A stretch of DNA of 64,000 nucleotides from Octopus vulgaris (GCA_951406725.2 OX597815.1:6324001-6388000), one strand, 5' to 3'; numbered from the stretch's first letter, positions 50,987 to 64,000 are shown. Made by a program: numbers and translations. Notes: generated from the sequence alone by a model not told the origin.

Positions 50987-52167
50987 CGGATCCATGAGGA
51001 ACCGTGCCACAGCAGGCATTGAAACTCCCTGCAGTTCTCTGGTTCATTGGATCCTGTCGAACAGTGCAACCCATGCCAGCATGAAAGATGGGCATTAAAT
51101 GATGCTGCTGCTGCTGCTGATGATGATGATGAGTATGAAGTTGGTAGTGGTGGGGGAGTTAGGGGTCAGAGAGAAGTAGTAAGAGAAAGAGAAGATAAGC
51201 CACAGAGGATTTCCTTGTTCTGTTCGACAAAACTAATTTCCAGTCAGATAATAACCATAATCTCCAGGAGTTAATCCGCCCATATTTCCTGGCGAGATTA
51301 ACTCCAACAAAGCTAGCTGCAGAATATTAATCTTGATCATGAAACTCAAATTTCTTATATTCTCTCACAATGTCTTCTTATGTGAGAATGACATGGGATG
51401 TCTCCTCTCAATCTTCTCTCTTTCAGAACCACATTTATCTCTGGCCAGTGGCGGCTCGTGTATACTCCACTGTAGAACTGCAGTGTCCCCTATTTCCACT
51501 CGATATTATCGATAACATTCAATATAATTAGTCCTTTTTCCTTCAATTCTTTCTTTATATTTGTACATTATATAATCCTTAAGCTTAATGCCAGTAGCTG
51601 TCCCCTAGTTTATGAAGAAAATACTAAAATCCCTGTATAGAACTGTATGCTACACAGTTCCAGTGACGCGGTGTTTAGCTGTTGTGCGCATGCTCAAAAG
51701 TCCGAGATAGGAAGCTTCATGCTAGGGAGAAAGAGCACTGTCATTCACACAGTACCGGGGGAAAGGTAGTGTGTCTTTTTGATTCCTCGTATGTTGTGCT
51801 TAAAAACGTGTTTATATTCTTGAATGCGATAAAGTGTAGAATTAGATTATTATCTTGCTTCCAGCTTCAAGTGTTGCTGCCAGGATTATTTTGTGATTTA
51901 GGGGGGATTTTTGAAAACCAAGGTGGAAGTAGCACCCCAACTAATTTTATCTACGAGCCACCACTACCTCTGGCATACATCTATTTGTTATGAGAAAATA
52001 CATCACAGATGTTAGCTTCTCAGAGATGCCATCTGCATGGAAAACTATAGTTAAACTAGTGTTAACAGAGTTAATGAAGTCACCAGAAAAAGAAAGACCT
52101 GTCTAATTATTAGTAATTATGTAATGAGGAAAAGACAGCAAAAAGATCTTGATTAAGTGTGTTATAT

Positions 52168-52200
<33 letters not shown>

Positions 52201-52715
52201 TGTTTTAAATCCAAGTTTTGTCCCTGTTAACGGGGGTGGCCAGATCTACCTCGATGCCATAGCAACCAAGGTAGGCAGGTGGAGCCCACCCTAACCTTTG
52301 GGCTGGCTGGTGCCCATTCTCCTTTGCTATCATGAGGCTTTTTTGGAGCTGGATTGATTTTCTCTGGAGAGCATGCCCTTGCTTACCCCCCAACCTCAGT
52401 TTCTAGACATGAGTGGTCCTGAGACCAAGGCCTCAACCATGATTTTTAATAAATGCGGTGGACAACAATCTCAGGAAGGCGGGGAACGCTAGTCCCTGAG
52501 ACCCCTTTCAGACCCCGACTACCTATATAGTAGATTAATATTCTATGCTATTGTTTGGGGAAAGAAGCAGGGTATGTCTTCTCTGAGGAGAGATCAACAA
52601 ACTGTGAAACAGTTCTTCTGAGGCCTCTTTCACTCTCTCTCTCTGTCTGTCTGTCTCTTTCTCTCTCTCTCTTTCTGTCTGTCTCCCTCTCTCTCTCCCT
52701 CTCTCTCTCTCTCTT

Positions 52716-52782
<67 letters not shown>

Positions 52783-52870
52783 TCTGCATATTAATAGTAT
52801 AAAAATAATGTGTTTGGTTAGCTAATACCTTGATCATTTTCTATGAGTGTGTTGTATTTTACACACACAT

Positions 52871-52905
<35 letters not shown>

Positions 52906-53304
52906 ACCAGACATTCCTAATAAAGAATGACACAGTAGCAATCAATGACACACTTTGGCTGTTCCATAACCTTGACTTCTCCCTCACAACAGGAATCTCG
53001 TTAAAGAAATTTTTTAAAATTTTAATTCAAAGGTAATAAAAAAAGGAAAAGTGTTTTTAACGATCAATAAATTCTGTTTTATGGGGAGTAAAGTTTCTGC
53101 AGAATTAAATAAGCAAACCCAAAGCGCAAATGGATGCATACAGGGGACAATGGGGGGCCCAGAGATGATGATGATGATTCTAACAACTTGCCACATTCAG
53201 TTTGTCTAAAAGTGGTTTCAAATTTTTGACACTATTCCAGGGGTGAGGGTGGGGGAGTAAGACAATTACATCAACCCCCAGTACTCAACCGGTACTTATT
53301 TTTA

Positions 53305-53720
53305 AGGCGGCGAGCTGGCAGAAACGTAAGCACGCCGGGCGAAATGCTTAGCGGTATTTCGTCTGCGTTACGTCATGAGTTTGAATTCCGCCGAGGTCGA
53401 CTTTGCCTTTCATCCTTTCGGGGTCGATAAATTAAGTACCAGTTACGCACTGGGGTCGATGTAATCGACTTAATCCGTTTGTCTGTCCTTGTTTGTCCTC
53501 TCTGTGTTTAGCCCCTTGTGGGTAATAAAGAAATAGGTATTTCGCTTGCTTCTACGTTCTGAGTTCAAATTCCGCCGAGGTCGACTTTGCCTTTCATCCT
53601 TTTGGGGTCGATAAATTAAGTACCAGTTACGCACTGGGGTCGATGTAATCGACTTAATCCGTTTGTCTGTCCTTGTTTGTCCTCTCTGTGTTTAGCCCCT
53701 TGTGGGTAATATAAGAAATA
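53305..53720 (+). mobile_element. Family-B SINE, two modules, inserted in an older related repeat
   Basis: TSD GGTACTTATTTTTA at 53291-53304 and 53721-53734. Confidence 0.9.
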
Positions 53721-53866
53721 GGTACTTATTTTTATTGATCCCAAAAGGACGAATGCAGAAAAGCCAACCCTGGTGGCATCTGGACTCAGAACATACAAAA
53801 ATGGGACAAAATGCTGCTTAGAAATTTGGTCGACGTGGCAACGATTTTTCCAGCTTTCCACCTTGA

Positions 53867-54112
53867 CCCATTCGTGCCGAAGTTTTTCTAGTGAGTGAAA
53901 TTGCTTGCAAATTCACAGAAACTATTAATTTGACCTAAATAATAAATGAAAAAAAATTTCATTGAAATCCATTTGATACAGACTTCATACGTGTTAAGAA
54001 CCTGTTTCATTCTTTGATACAGATCATACACAAATCACAATTTGTATCAAGTATTTGTTTTACACCCTTACGAATTAAGGGTCAGTTTGAAGAGACAATC
54101 GGCATGAATGGG
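53867..54112. mobile_element. piggyBac-like MITE
   Basis: TTGA|CCCATTCGTGCCGA ... TCGGCATGAATGGG|TTAA: CCC/GGG ends and a TTAA target (left copy mutated). Confidence 0.65.
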
Positions 54113-54137
54113 TTAAGTTTGTTTAATATTGCTAAAC

Positions 54138-54348
54138 GGAGTGGCTGTGTGGTAAGTAGCTTGCTTACCAACCACATGGTTCCGGGTTCAGTCCCACTGT
54201 GCGGCACCTTGGGTAAGTGTCTTCTACTATAGCCTCGGGCCAACCAAAGCCTTGTGAGTGGATTTGGTAGACGGAAACTGAAAGAAGCCCGTCGTATATA
54301 TGTGTATGTATATATATGTATATATATATATATATGTTATATGTATAT

Positions 54349-54415
<67 letters not shown>

Positions 54416-55067
54416 ACGTTGGCATTAGGAAGGGCATCCAGCTGTAGAAACACTGCCAGATCTGACTGGCCTGGTGCAGCCTTCGGGCTTCCCAGACCCC
54501 AGTTGAACCGTCCAACCCATGCTAGCATGGAAAGCGGACGTTAAATGATGATGATGATGATGATGATGATATATATATATATGTATGTGTGTGTGTATGT
54601 GTCTATATATAAAAAAAAACATGATTTTCCTTGACCGTTGCCAATACTGCCTGACTAGCCCTCGTGCCAGTGGCACGTAAGAAGCACTCACTACACTCTC
54701 GGAGTGGTTGGCGTTAGGTAGGGCATCCAGCTGTAAAAACTCTGCCAAATCAAGATTGGAGCCTGGTGCAGATATCTGGTTCGCCAAACCTCAGTCAAAT
54801 TGTCCAACCCATGCTAGCATGGAAAGCAGAAGTTAAACGATGATGATGATAATGATATATGTGTCTGTGTTTGTCCCCCAAAATTCGCTTGGCAACCGAT
54901 GCTGGTGTGTTTACGTCCCCATAACTTAGCGGTTCGGCAAAAGAGACCGATAGAATAAATACTAGGCTTACAAAGAATAAGTCCTGGGATCGATTTGCTC
55001 GACTAAAGGCGGTGCTCCAGCATGGTCGCAGTCAAACAACTGAAACAAGTAAAAGAGTATAAAAGAG
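54138..55067 (+). mobile_element. Family-A SINE with two family-E 3' ends nested in its internal microsatellite
   Basis: SINE halves at 54138-54300 and 54860-55067 bracket inserts at ~54416-54570 and ~54630-54855. Confidence 0.85.
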
Positions 55068-55376
55068 TCTATGACAGAATGGATCTCAGGACACAACCGA
55101 GAATATACAAAGCATTAAAATAATGCAAGAGACAGGGTAACACATGTAAGTATCTGGTGCCAAGGTTGAGATTTTGGAACAGGTTTATTCTTGCTTTGCT
55201 AATTGCAGGAATATAGGACACATCACTTTGATTCCTGCACAGTGACTTGCTGGCTGTTTTCCAACTTAATACCCTTCTACCCATTGCATGCGTGTATCTG
55301 TGTGTCTACGCACACATACACATCATAAAGAAGAATGAGGAATTCTATATCTTCCAAACTTGTTTATTACAGTATT

Positions 55377-56101
55377 GTGGAGGTACAATGGACCAGTGGT
55401 CAGGGCAGTGGACTTACGGTCATAGGATCGCGGTTACAATTCCCAGACTGGGCATTGGTGAGTGTTTATTGAGTGAAAACACCTAAAGCTCTTTGAGGTT
55501 CCGGTAGGGGCTGGTGGCAAACCCTGCTGTACTCTTTCACCACAACTTTCTCTCACTCTTACTTCCTGTTTTGCTGTAACTGTATTTCAAAGGGCCAGCC
55601 TTGTCACACACTGTGTCATGCTAAATCTCCCCTGGGAACTACGTTAAGGGTCTCTGGAGTGCTCAACCACTTGCATGTTAATTTCACAAGCAGGCTGTTC
55701 TGTTGATTGGATCAACCGGAATCCTTGTCATTGTAACCGACAGAGTGCTCCTTTTGTGGAGTCATAGGATCGCGGTTTCAATTCCCAGACTGGGCATTGT
55801 GTGTGTTTATTGAGCGAAAACACCCAAAGCTCCACGAGGCTCCAGCAGGGGGTTGTGGCAAGCCCTACTGTATTTCTTTCACCACAACTTTCTCTCACTC
55901 TTACTTCCTGTTTTTGCTGTACCTGTATTTCACAGGGCCGGCCTTGTCACACTCCGTGTCATGCTGAATCTCACCCGAGAACTACGTTAAGGGTACACGT
56001 GTCTGTGGGGTGTTCAGCCACTTGCATGTTAATTACACGAGCAGGCTGTTCCGTTGATCGGATCAACTGGAACTCTCATCGTTGTAACAGACAGAGTGCT
56101 C
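55377..56101 (+). mobile_element. Two head-to-tail family-C SINEs
   Basis: 55377-55750 and 55757-56101 are each collinear with 48633-49015. Confidence 0.85.
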
Positions 56102-56166
56102 TTTTAACAAGAACCGGTCACTTCAATGTTCTGATTTTTGCGTTACACAGAGAGGATTATCAACAT

Positions 56167-56232
<66 letters not shown>

Positions 56233-56990
56233 TCATTTGTCTTTTATCTTTTACTTGTTTTAGTCATTAAAACTATGGCCATGCTGGGGCACCACCTTTT
56301 TTGCTTAACCACTAAGTTATAGGGACATAAACACACCAACAGCAGTTCTGAAGCACTTGTAGGAGACAAACAGACACAAAGACACACACATCGATATGCA
56401 TATATATATATCATCATCATCATTATCATCATCATCGTTTAACGTCCGCTTTCCATGCTAGCATGGGTTGGATGGTTCAACTGGGGTCTGAAGCCAGAAG
56501 GCTGCATCAGGCCCAGTCTGATCTGGCAGTGTTTCTACAGCTGGATGCCCTTCCTAACGCCAACCACTCTGTGAGTGTAGTATATATATATATATATATA
56601 TATGACAGAAAGAAGCCTGTCATATATATATATATATATATATATATGACAGGCTTCTTTCAGTTTTTATGTACCATATCCACCCACAAGACTTTGGTTC
56701 GCCCGTGGCTGTAGTAAAGACACTCGCCCAGGTTATCATGCAGTGGGACTGAACCCAGAACCATGTGGTTGGGAAGCAAGCTTCTTGGCACATTGCCATG
56801 CCTGCTGTTATATATATATATACATATAGACACCTGAAATATATAAAGTTACTCAATATGCACATACCCAGATACCAACACATGCATACACACACAAAGA
56901 GGGGCACAGAATATATATGCATACATACAGATCACCCCAGATAAGCAGTATGTGCATTCTACACAGTTATATATACATATATACATATAT

Positions 56991-57190
56991 ACTCTTTTAC
57001 TCTTTTACTCGTTTCAGTCATTTGACTGCAGCCATGCTGGAGCACCGCCTTTAATCAAGCAACTTGACCCCGGGACTTATTCTTTGTAAGCCCAGTACTT
57101 ATTCTATCGGTCCCTTTTTGCCGAACCGCTAAGTGACGGGGACGTAAACACACCAGCATCGGTTGTCATCGGACAAACACAGACACACAA

Positions 57191-57225
<35 letters not shown>

Positions 57226-57390
57226 CATATATACGATGGGCTTCTTTCAGTTTCCGTCTACCAAATCCACTCACAAGGCATTGATCGGCCTGGGGCTATA
57301 GTAGAAGACACTTGCCCAAGGTGCCACGCAGTGGGACTGAACCCATGTGGCTGGTTAGCAACCTACTTACCACACAGCCACTCCTGCGCC
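56991..57390 (-). mobile_element. Family-A SINE
   Basis: Collinear with the other family-A copies. Confidence 0.9.
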
Positions 57391-57394
57391 TATA

Positions 57395-57780
57395 TATATA
57401 TTAGAAGAAATGAGGTACTTAGAAGATCGGATGGTTTATATTTATAGATATTTATTTATATATTACATTTTTTATATATATATATCATATCACTTAGATC
57501 ATTAGCGCTTTCTCCCATTCTAGTGGGGTTTTCAAATCAAACTAAGTTCCTGTGTGAGGAGTTTTGACCATATTATAGAGTTTTGTAGTGGTGGGGAGGA
57601 ATATAAGACTGTAATGTCTTATATTCCTCCCCACCACTACAAAGTGATATGATATATATATAAGTGATATGATATATATATAAGTGATATGATATATATA
57701 TAAAAAATGTAATATACAAATAAATATCTGAAAATATAAACCATCCGATCTTATGAGTACCTCATTTCTTCTAATATATA
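57395..57780. repeat. Nested fold-back: ~100-bp outer arms, 28-bp perfect inner hairpin, three 20-bp tandem units
   Basis: Outer arms TTAGAAGAAATGAGGTAC.../...GTACCTCATTTCTTCTAA. Inner stem 57582-57609 pairs perfectly with 57616-57643. Confidence 0.9.
57493..57546 (-). ncRNA. Putative U3:A8-variant hammerhead ribozyme
   Basis: cttagtttgat-TTGAAAA-cCCCActagaaTGGGa-GAAA-GCGC-TA-atgatctaag; palindromic stem III AGCGCT; stem I imperfect. Confidence 0.45.
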
Positions 57781-57805
57781 AAACCTGTACATCATCTCCA
57801 AACCT

Positions 57806-57865
<60 letters not shown>

Positions 57866-57966
57866 TGATGATGATGATGATATATATTTATATATAAATA
57901 ACTGTTTTATATATATATATAACCATCTCACCTACACACCCAAACAAAGTACTCCCCTCCACTCCA

Positions 57967-58004
<38 letters not shown>

Positions 58005-58581
58005 CCAGGCGACTACCTATACATTCACAGATGTTTAGCAAGTCATTGACATATGCACACGCATACACAGAAATCCACATCCATCTTACCTCAAAGTCAC
58101 GCGCACACACACACACAAATACAAGCACACACACCCCACCACATGCCTACCCCGGTAATCCACCCAGACTGCTGGATGGGTTGCTAACACTGCTGTTGCA
58201 AACTGTGGTATGTTAGCTATGTATAGGCTTGATGGTGCAGCAACACCACTGCTGCCGCTGCCACCACCACCGTCATACCATCCACGCTAGCGCCACAAGG
58301 ACACCACTGCTGGACTGCCACATTGGGGTCAACGACTTGCTGGATTTGCTAAACACAAACCATTGAGAGAAACCCATTGTGTGTGTGTGTGTAATATATA
58401 TAAAAGGCAATGCTCCAACATGGCCACAGTCAAATAATTGAAACAAGTAAAAGAATATATATGAATGTATATATATATGTGTGTATATATATATGTATAT
58501 ATATATATATATATACCAGAGTAAACACATAAATGTGAAACAAGGTGGAAAAAAGAGTACTCAAATACCAGAGGTAGAGTA

Positions 58582-58643
58582 ATATGCTTTATTTAAAGCA
58601 GCAGAAAATTCTACAAAACCATTTCTGCTGCTTTTAAATAAAG

Positions 58644-58648
<5 letters not shown>
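58582..58648. repeat. Short hairpin (~26-bp arms)
   Basis: ATATGCTTTATTTAAAGCAGCAGAAA / TTTCTGCTGCTTTTAAATAAAGTATAT. Confidence 0.7.
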
Positions 58649-58674
<26 letters not shown>

Positions 58675-58676
<2 letters not shown>

Positions 58677-59180
58677 CATCATCGTCGTTTAACGTCCACT
58701 TTCCATGCTGGCATGGCTTGGACGGTTTGACTGAGGTCTGGCGAATCAGATGGCTGCACTAGGCTCCAATCTGATCTGGCAGAGTTTCTACAGCTGGATA
58801 CCCTTCCTAACGCCAACCACTCCGTGAGTGTAGTGGGTGTTTTTTTACGTGCCACCAGCACAGGTGCCAGGGGAGGCTGGGAACGGCCACGATCAGTTGA
58901 TGCTTTTTACTTGCCTCAAGCATGGAAGGAAGCCAGTCAAAGTGGCGCTGGCATCGGCCATGTTCGGATGGTGCATTTTATGTGCCACCGGCACAGGTAT
59001 CACAACTACAATTTCCATTTGATCTTTTGTTGTACTTGACTCAATAGGTCTCCTGAAGCACAGCAGGTCGCCCTACGATCCAAGGTAAGCACAGTAGGCC
59101 GTCCTGCAATCCGAGGCACTTTGGATGGGCTGGGGCTTCTATGCGAAGCTGGAGCAGGAAACAGCCATGAATGTTATTTG
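58675..59180 (-). mobile_element. Family-E element, longer copy
   Basis: Shares GGTATCACAACTACAATTTCCATT with ~27316. Confidence 0.75.
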
Positions 59181-60114
59181 TCGGGTCTTCGCAGTCACAG
59201 CATAAAACATTTAACTCTTTAAAACTAAAACAGTAATTTAAGTTACCTATTCATGAATGTATGGAATTAAGGATTTGTTATTTTTAGTTGCATATAGGCA
59301 CAGGTGTGGTAAGATGCTTGCTTCTCAACCAAATGGTTCTGAGTTCAGTTCCAGTGCATGGCACCTTGGACTGACCAATCCTTGTGAGTGAATTTGGTAG
59401 ATGAGGACTGAAGGACCCCTGTCATATTGTCATATCATCATCATCTTCATCATCATCATCATCGTTTAACATCCACCTTCCATGCTGGCATGGGTGGGAT
59501 GGTTTTACAAGAGCTGGGCAGACAGAAGCCTGCACCAGACTTCTGTGATTGTTTTGGCAGGATTTTTACAGCTGGATGCTCTTCCAAACACCAACCACTC
59601 AGCAGAGTGGACTTAGTGCTTTTTAGGTGGAACAAGCACAGGCAGGGTCAGTTTTGGCAAAGTTTTTACAGCTGGGTGCCCTTCCAAATGCCAACCATTT
59701 TACAATGTGGACTGGGTGCTTTTAAATGGCACCTGCACTGACAGGGTCACCAAGTACCTTGCAAGCCAAAAATAATTTCAAGAGGGGAGCGGGGCATACA
59801 AAATATAAAATATGGGGATTTAGTTCACAGGTGATCTAAATGATTAGGTTCGCTAGGTAAGTGCTGTAATGGATTACTAGGGCTCCAAGGTTATAGCTGA
59901 GACAGTAGATATGGAGCCTTCACTACGTGTAAGCACAAATTCTTCTGCACTTTTAAATTCTTTCGTAAATCTAAATGTAAGTCCCCCCCGCCACGAATAA
60001 CACCCACATACAAACCTCCTGGATCATTAACACATACCCCCTCTATATCTCTTCTATCAACCTTACCTCATCACTCTATGTATGCACAGCAAGAGATTAA
60101 TAGAATAAGTAAAA

Positions 60115-60440
60115 GGGAGCATTTTGTTGGTTACGACGACAAGGGTCCCAGTTGATCTGATCAACGGAACAGCCTGCTCGTGAAATTAACGTGCAAGTGG
60201 CTGAGCAATCCACAGACACATGTACCCTTAACGTAGTTCTCAGGGAGATTCAGCATGACACAGAATGTGACAAGGCCGGCCCTTTGAAATACAGGTACTA
60301 CTCATTTTTGCTGGCTGAGTGGACTGGATCAACGGGAAATAAAGTGTCTTGCTCAAGGACACAAAGCATCACAGGGAATTGAACTGACGACCTTACGATC
60401 ATGAGCCGAATGCCCTAACCACTAAGCCATGTACCTTCAC
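60115..60440 (-). mobile_element. SINE with family-D-like head and family-C-like tail (another copy at ~20037-20330, minus)
   Basis: Head GTGAAGGTACATGGCTTAGTGGTTAGGGC; tail matches 48860-49015. Confidence 0.75.
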
Positions 60441-61013
60441 TAGAATAAGTACCACCCTTATAAAAACCAGGTACAAATGTTCTTCAAGGCAGTGCCCCAA
60501 GATGGCTGCCATTTAAGAACTGATTCAAGTAAAAGAAAAGAAATGAATTTTAGTGCATTTGTAATTCACCCCCTGATGCTGAAAGAAGCTCTTAACCCCC
60601 TCTGTTTGATAAACACTTTGTTGAATAAGGGTTTTAGAATCAAGGATAGCACATCACCAAGTTATCATGGAGTTTGCAGTCCCATGGAGGTTTGATGAAG
60701 TGGCACAAAGTGTGGAGTAGAGTGCTATGAATTCTTGAGCGTGGCACTAAGTGACTTCCACTTGTACATTGTCACGTTGCATCAATTTAGGGTCCTGTGT
60801 TCAAATCCTGCTGTGGTCAACATTGTCTTTCATCTTCCCAACATCAACAAATTAACTAGCTTTGTTGTTGTTGTTGATGTTTAATTACAGGTCAGTCCTG
60901 ATTGAGATGAACATATCTATCACCAAGTGTGTTCTAACCATAGCCATCACTTCTGTTTGTATATCAAAGTCTTCATCGTCCAGTGTATTATTCCAATGTT
61001 AAAAACTGTAGGG

Positions 61014-61276
61014 CAGTTGGTTCTCAACCATTGTTTACATATGGACCCCTTTGGTTCCTATTTTTACCCTACTGGACCCTCATAACCATTTGATGTTAAA
61101 AAAAAAAATCCTTTTATATTATTGTACCTAAATATTATTAGAAATTGTAATTTAAAAATCGTTGAAATATTTTGTGTATTGTTAGAAGTAATAAGAAGTT
61201 TATTGCACATAAATTTCAACTGCAAAATCTTTTAAGGACCCCCAAAGGTCAAATGAACCCTGGTTCAGAATCACTG
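61014..61276. mobile_element. hAT-like MITE
   Basis: CAGTTGGTTCTCAACC ... GGTTCAGAATCACTG termini with subterminal GGACCCC motifs. Confidence 0.6.
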
Positions 61277-61496
61277 ATGTGGGTGTGACTTGGTTGTTGT
61301 TTCTGATTCATTGATCTGTAGAGGTTCCAATCATTCTCCACACACCCCTTCCTCCACCCAATACTCCTCCTCCTCCTCCTGTTGTACACATTTGTGGTCT
61401 TATGCCAAAGTGAGAAATCAATGACACATACCATATATATGTATGTGTATATATATATATATATATGTTTGTATGTGTGTGTGATGTATGTATGTA

Positions 61497-61570
<74 letters not shown>

Positions 61571-61620
61571 TATATATATGTGTGTGTTTGTATGTGTGTG
61601 TGATGTATGTATGTAGACAC

Positions 61621-61672
<52 letters not shown>

Positions 61673-61675
<3 letters not shown>

Positions 61676-61739
61676 GCTCAGTTGGGAGAGCGTTAGACTG
61701 AAGATATAAAGGTCCCTGGTTCGATCCTGGGTTTCGGCA
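61673..61739 (+). pseudogene. tRNA-Phe(GAA)-derived sequence lacking most of the 5' acceptor strand
   Basis: ATAGCTCAGTTGGGAGAGCGTTAGACTGAAGATATAAAGGTCCCTGGTTCGATCCTGGGTTTCGGCA differs from canonical metazoan tRNA-Phe at 2 of 67 nt. The 5' GCCGAA is replaced by (GT)n, and there is a mismatch in the anticodon stem. Confidence 0.9.
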
Positions 61740-61820
61740 TCCGGTGGTTGGCACATTTCTTAACGGCGGTGCATCAGCATGGCCGTAGCTATGAGCTGAA
61801 ACTACAGCAAAATAAACATG

Positions 61821-61864
<44 letters not shown>

Positions 61865-61976
61865 ATACATTTAAATAATAAGGGTGAAAAATTGAATATT
61901 AATTTGATTAATATCAATTGAAAACCTGTGGCCTAGCATATTGAAAAATCTGAAGATTCAGAAAAATTATATTACA

Positions 61977-62194
61977 TACATATAAGAGGGATGACCACTA
62001 AGGGGACATCCATTATGCTAGAAGTAGACCCCCTATGGTCTTACCACTAAGAAAAGATTGTTCTCAAGAAATTTCAGCAAATTCCAGAACATAAGCGAAT
62101 TTTCTTGAGAACAATCTTTTCTTAGTGGTAAGACCATAGGGGGTCTACTTCTAGCAGAATGGATGTCCACTTAGTGGTCATCTCTCTTATGTGT

Positions 62195-62195
<1 letters not shown>
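61977..62195. repeat. Long near-perfect hairpin (~97-bp arms)
   Basis: GCTAGAAGTAGACCCCCTATGGTCTTACCACTAAGAAAAGATTGTTCTCAAGAAA is followed after ~22 nt by its reverse complement. Confidence 0.92.
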
Positions 62196-62235
<40 letters not shown>

Positions 62236-63041
62236 CATCTTTTATCTTCTATCTTTTACTTGTTTTAGTCATTAGTGTGTGGCCATACAGGGGCACCAGC
62301 TTGAAGAATTTTTCGTTGAATGAATTCTAATGGGTTAATCTATACTTCTATTTGCTTAAACAATAATATTATTATTGACTGTAACTTCGAAGTTTTGGCT
62401 AGCTAAGGCATCTTCGGACTGCAAATACATGCAGCCCAATGAATGTTAGAGAGAGAGAGAGAGAGATTATATTCAAACACACGCATATATGTATGTATAT
62501 ATGTATATAAATAATACATAAATGCTATATATAATATACATACATACATATATATATATATATATGACATACTACGTTTACAAACATACGACACACAGAC
62601 ACACCTTCTCTCTCTCTTTCCACACACACACACACACACACACACATACATATGTGTGTACAATGTGTGCGTGTGTGTGTGTATGCCGTGTACATATGTA
62701 CACAGGTAACACATCACGTTTCCTTCCTTGCCCCCCCCCACCCTCACCCAAACCCCCTCTCAACATTCATTCATCCTGTCAACTGTCAATAACACGCACG
62801 CACACACACACACTACAATACCAGCAACCTTACACACACAAACACACACGCATTACTACATATACACTAACAAAACAATAATCTACCCTTAATACTTTAA
62901 CAATTGTAATAAATGTCATCGCATTTGTATGTCTGTCCGTGCATCTATCCCCTCCTCTTCTCTCATACACACACACACAGATGCGTATAATATATGTGTG
63001 CATATACGTGCATATATATATGTGTATGTGTGTGCATATAC

Positions 63042-63083
<42 letters not shown>

Positions 63084-64000
63084 TCATATATATGTGTGTG
63101 TGTGTGTGTGTGTGCATATATATATAGTGTATGTATATATGTATATTCGTTGGTCTCTTGCCAGGAGCCAACTAGCTACAATTATCAGCTATTTAACGCT
63201 CTCTCTCTCTCTCTCTCTCTTTCAGCTTCTCTCTCTATATATATATCTCTATCTCTATCTCTCTCTCTATCTCTCTCTCTCTATCTATCTATCTCTATCT
63301 CTATCTCCCTCCAGCCGAGCTAAATAAACTCGTGCACACAAAAGCTTTGTGGCTTTGTCGACATGTGTATAAAAGAGAGTCAGAAAGAAAGAGAGGAAAG
63401 TATGAGAGAGAGAGAGACAAAGAGCGAGAGGGGGAGAGAGAGAGCGTGAGAGAGACAGAGAGAGTGGTGGTGGTGGGGGGTGAGCATTACGTGATAAAAT
63501 CCCAGAATATTTGCTGAAACGAAATGGTGCCAAGTTAGGAACACAAGAAAATGTAAACATTAACAGCAAATTCATACATGCCCCGACAACAACAACAACA
63601 ACAACCAAAAGTATTAAAAAAAATAAATGAAAAATAAAAAAAGCAAAAATGAATATTCTTTTCCCCTTTTTTTTCCTTCTCTTTCTTTCTTCCTCTAAAA
63701 TAAACGCCATTTCCATTCGAATATCGATCAATAATCGGACTGAAAAAACCGATTTATTGATTGTCTATCGATGCCCGCTGACATATTTCAAAGTAGACCA
63801 GAGGCACATATGCTCAGAGCAGCATTTTAAAGCGAAAAAACGGAGCTGACGATGGCGGGGTGGAAAGGATAGGACCAGGCTAATAAAACCGACGATTCTC
63901 GGCTCTTCATGTCAAATATTCATTGTGTTACAAACAGAACAATTAAATTTAATTATTGGGATGTTTAAGGGCGGCAGCGGCGGGTGGCGGGTGGTGGAGC

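Noticed and set aside
61673-61739. Functional tRNA-Phe gene
   Set aside because: 5' acceptor strand mostly missing, anticodon-stem mismatch, and no T-run terminator directly downstream.

Overview
Eukaryotic, AT-rich DNA saturated with repeats. The tRNA-derived SINE families and heavy microsatellite load look like an octopod cephalopod (Octopus sp.); this is recognised from memory, not database-checked. No host protein-coding exon is recognisable, and almost all ORFs in the track are microsatellite or SINE artefacts. The only real long ORF is the APE-endonuclease/reverse-transcriptase ORF2 (31017-33782, minus) of a 5'-truncated CR1-type LINE inserted in a SINE. The rest comprises: several SINE families; LINE fragments (CR1, RTE, R4/Dong); MITEs (Tigger-, hAT- and piggyBac-like); many fold-back elements; a tRNA-Phe-headed element; two candidate non-coding exons (~15.7-16.1 kb); and islands of unique, motif-rich DNA. 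The three strongest leads are: (1) several unrelated Penelope-style fold-back families carry minimal type-I hammerhead ribozymes with palindromic stem III, including apparent G3:C8 and U3:A8 core-swapped variants and a family that joins a tRNA-like Pol III head to the hammerhead; (2) LINE ORF1 ends in G_GGA_AAC_UAA, a canonical -1 slippery heptamer leading into an ORF2 with no usable AUG; (3) one SINE family carries 1 to ~6.6 tandem 184-bp modules inside single target-site duplications. Coordinates were read by eye; repeat ends may be off by a few to tens of bases.
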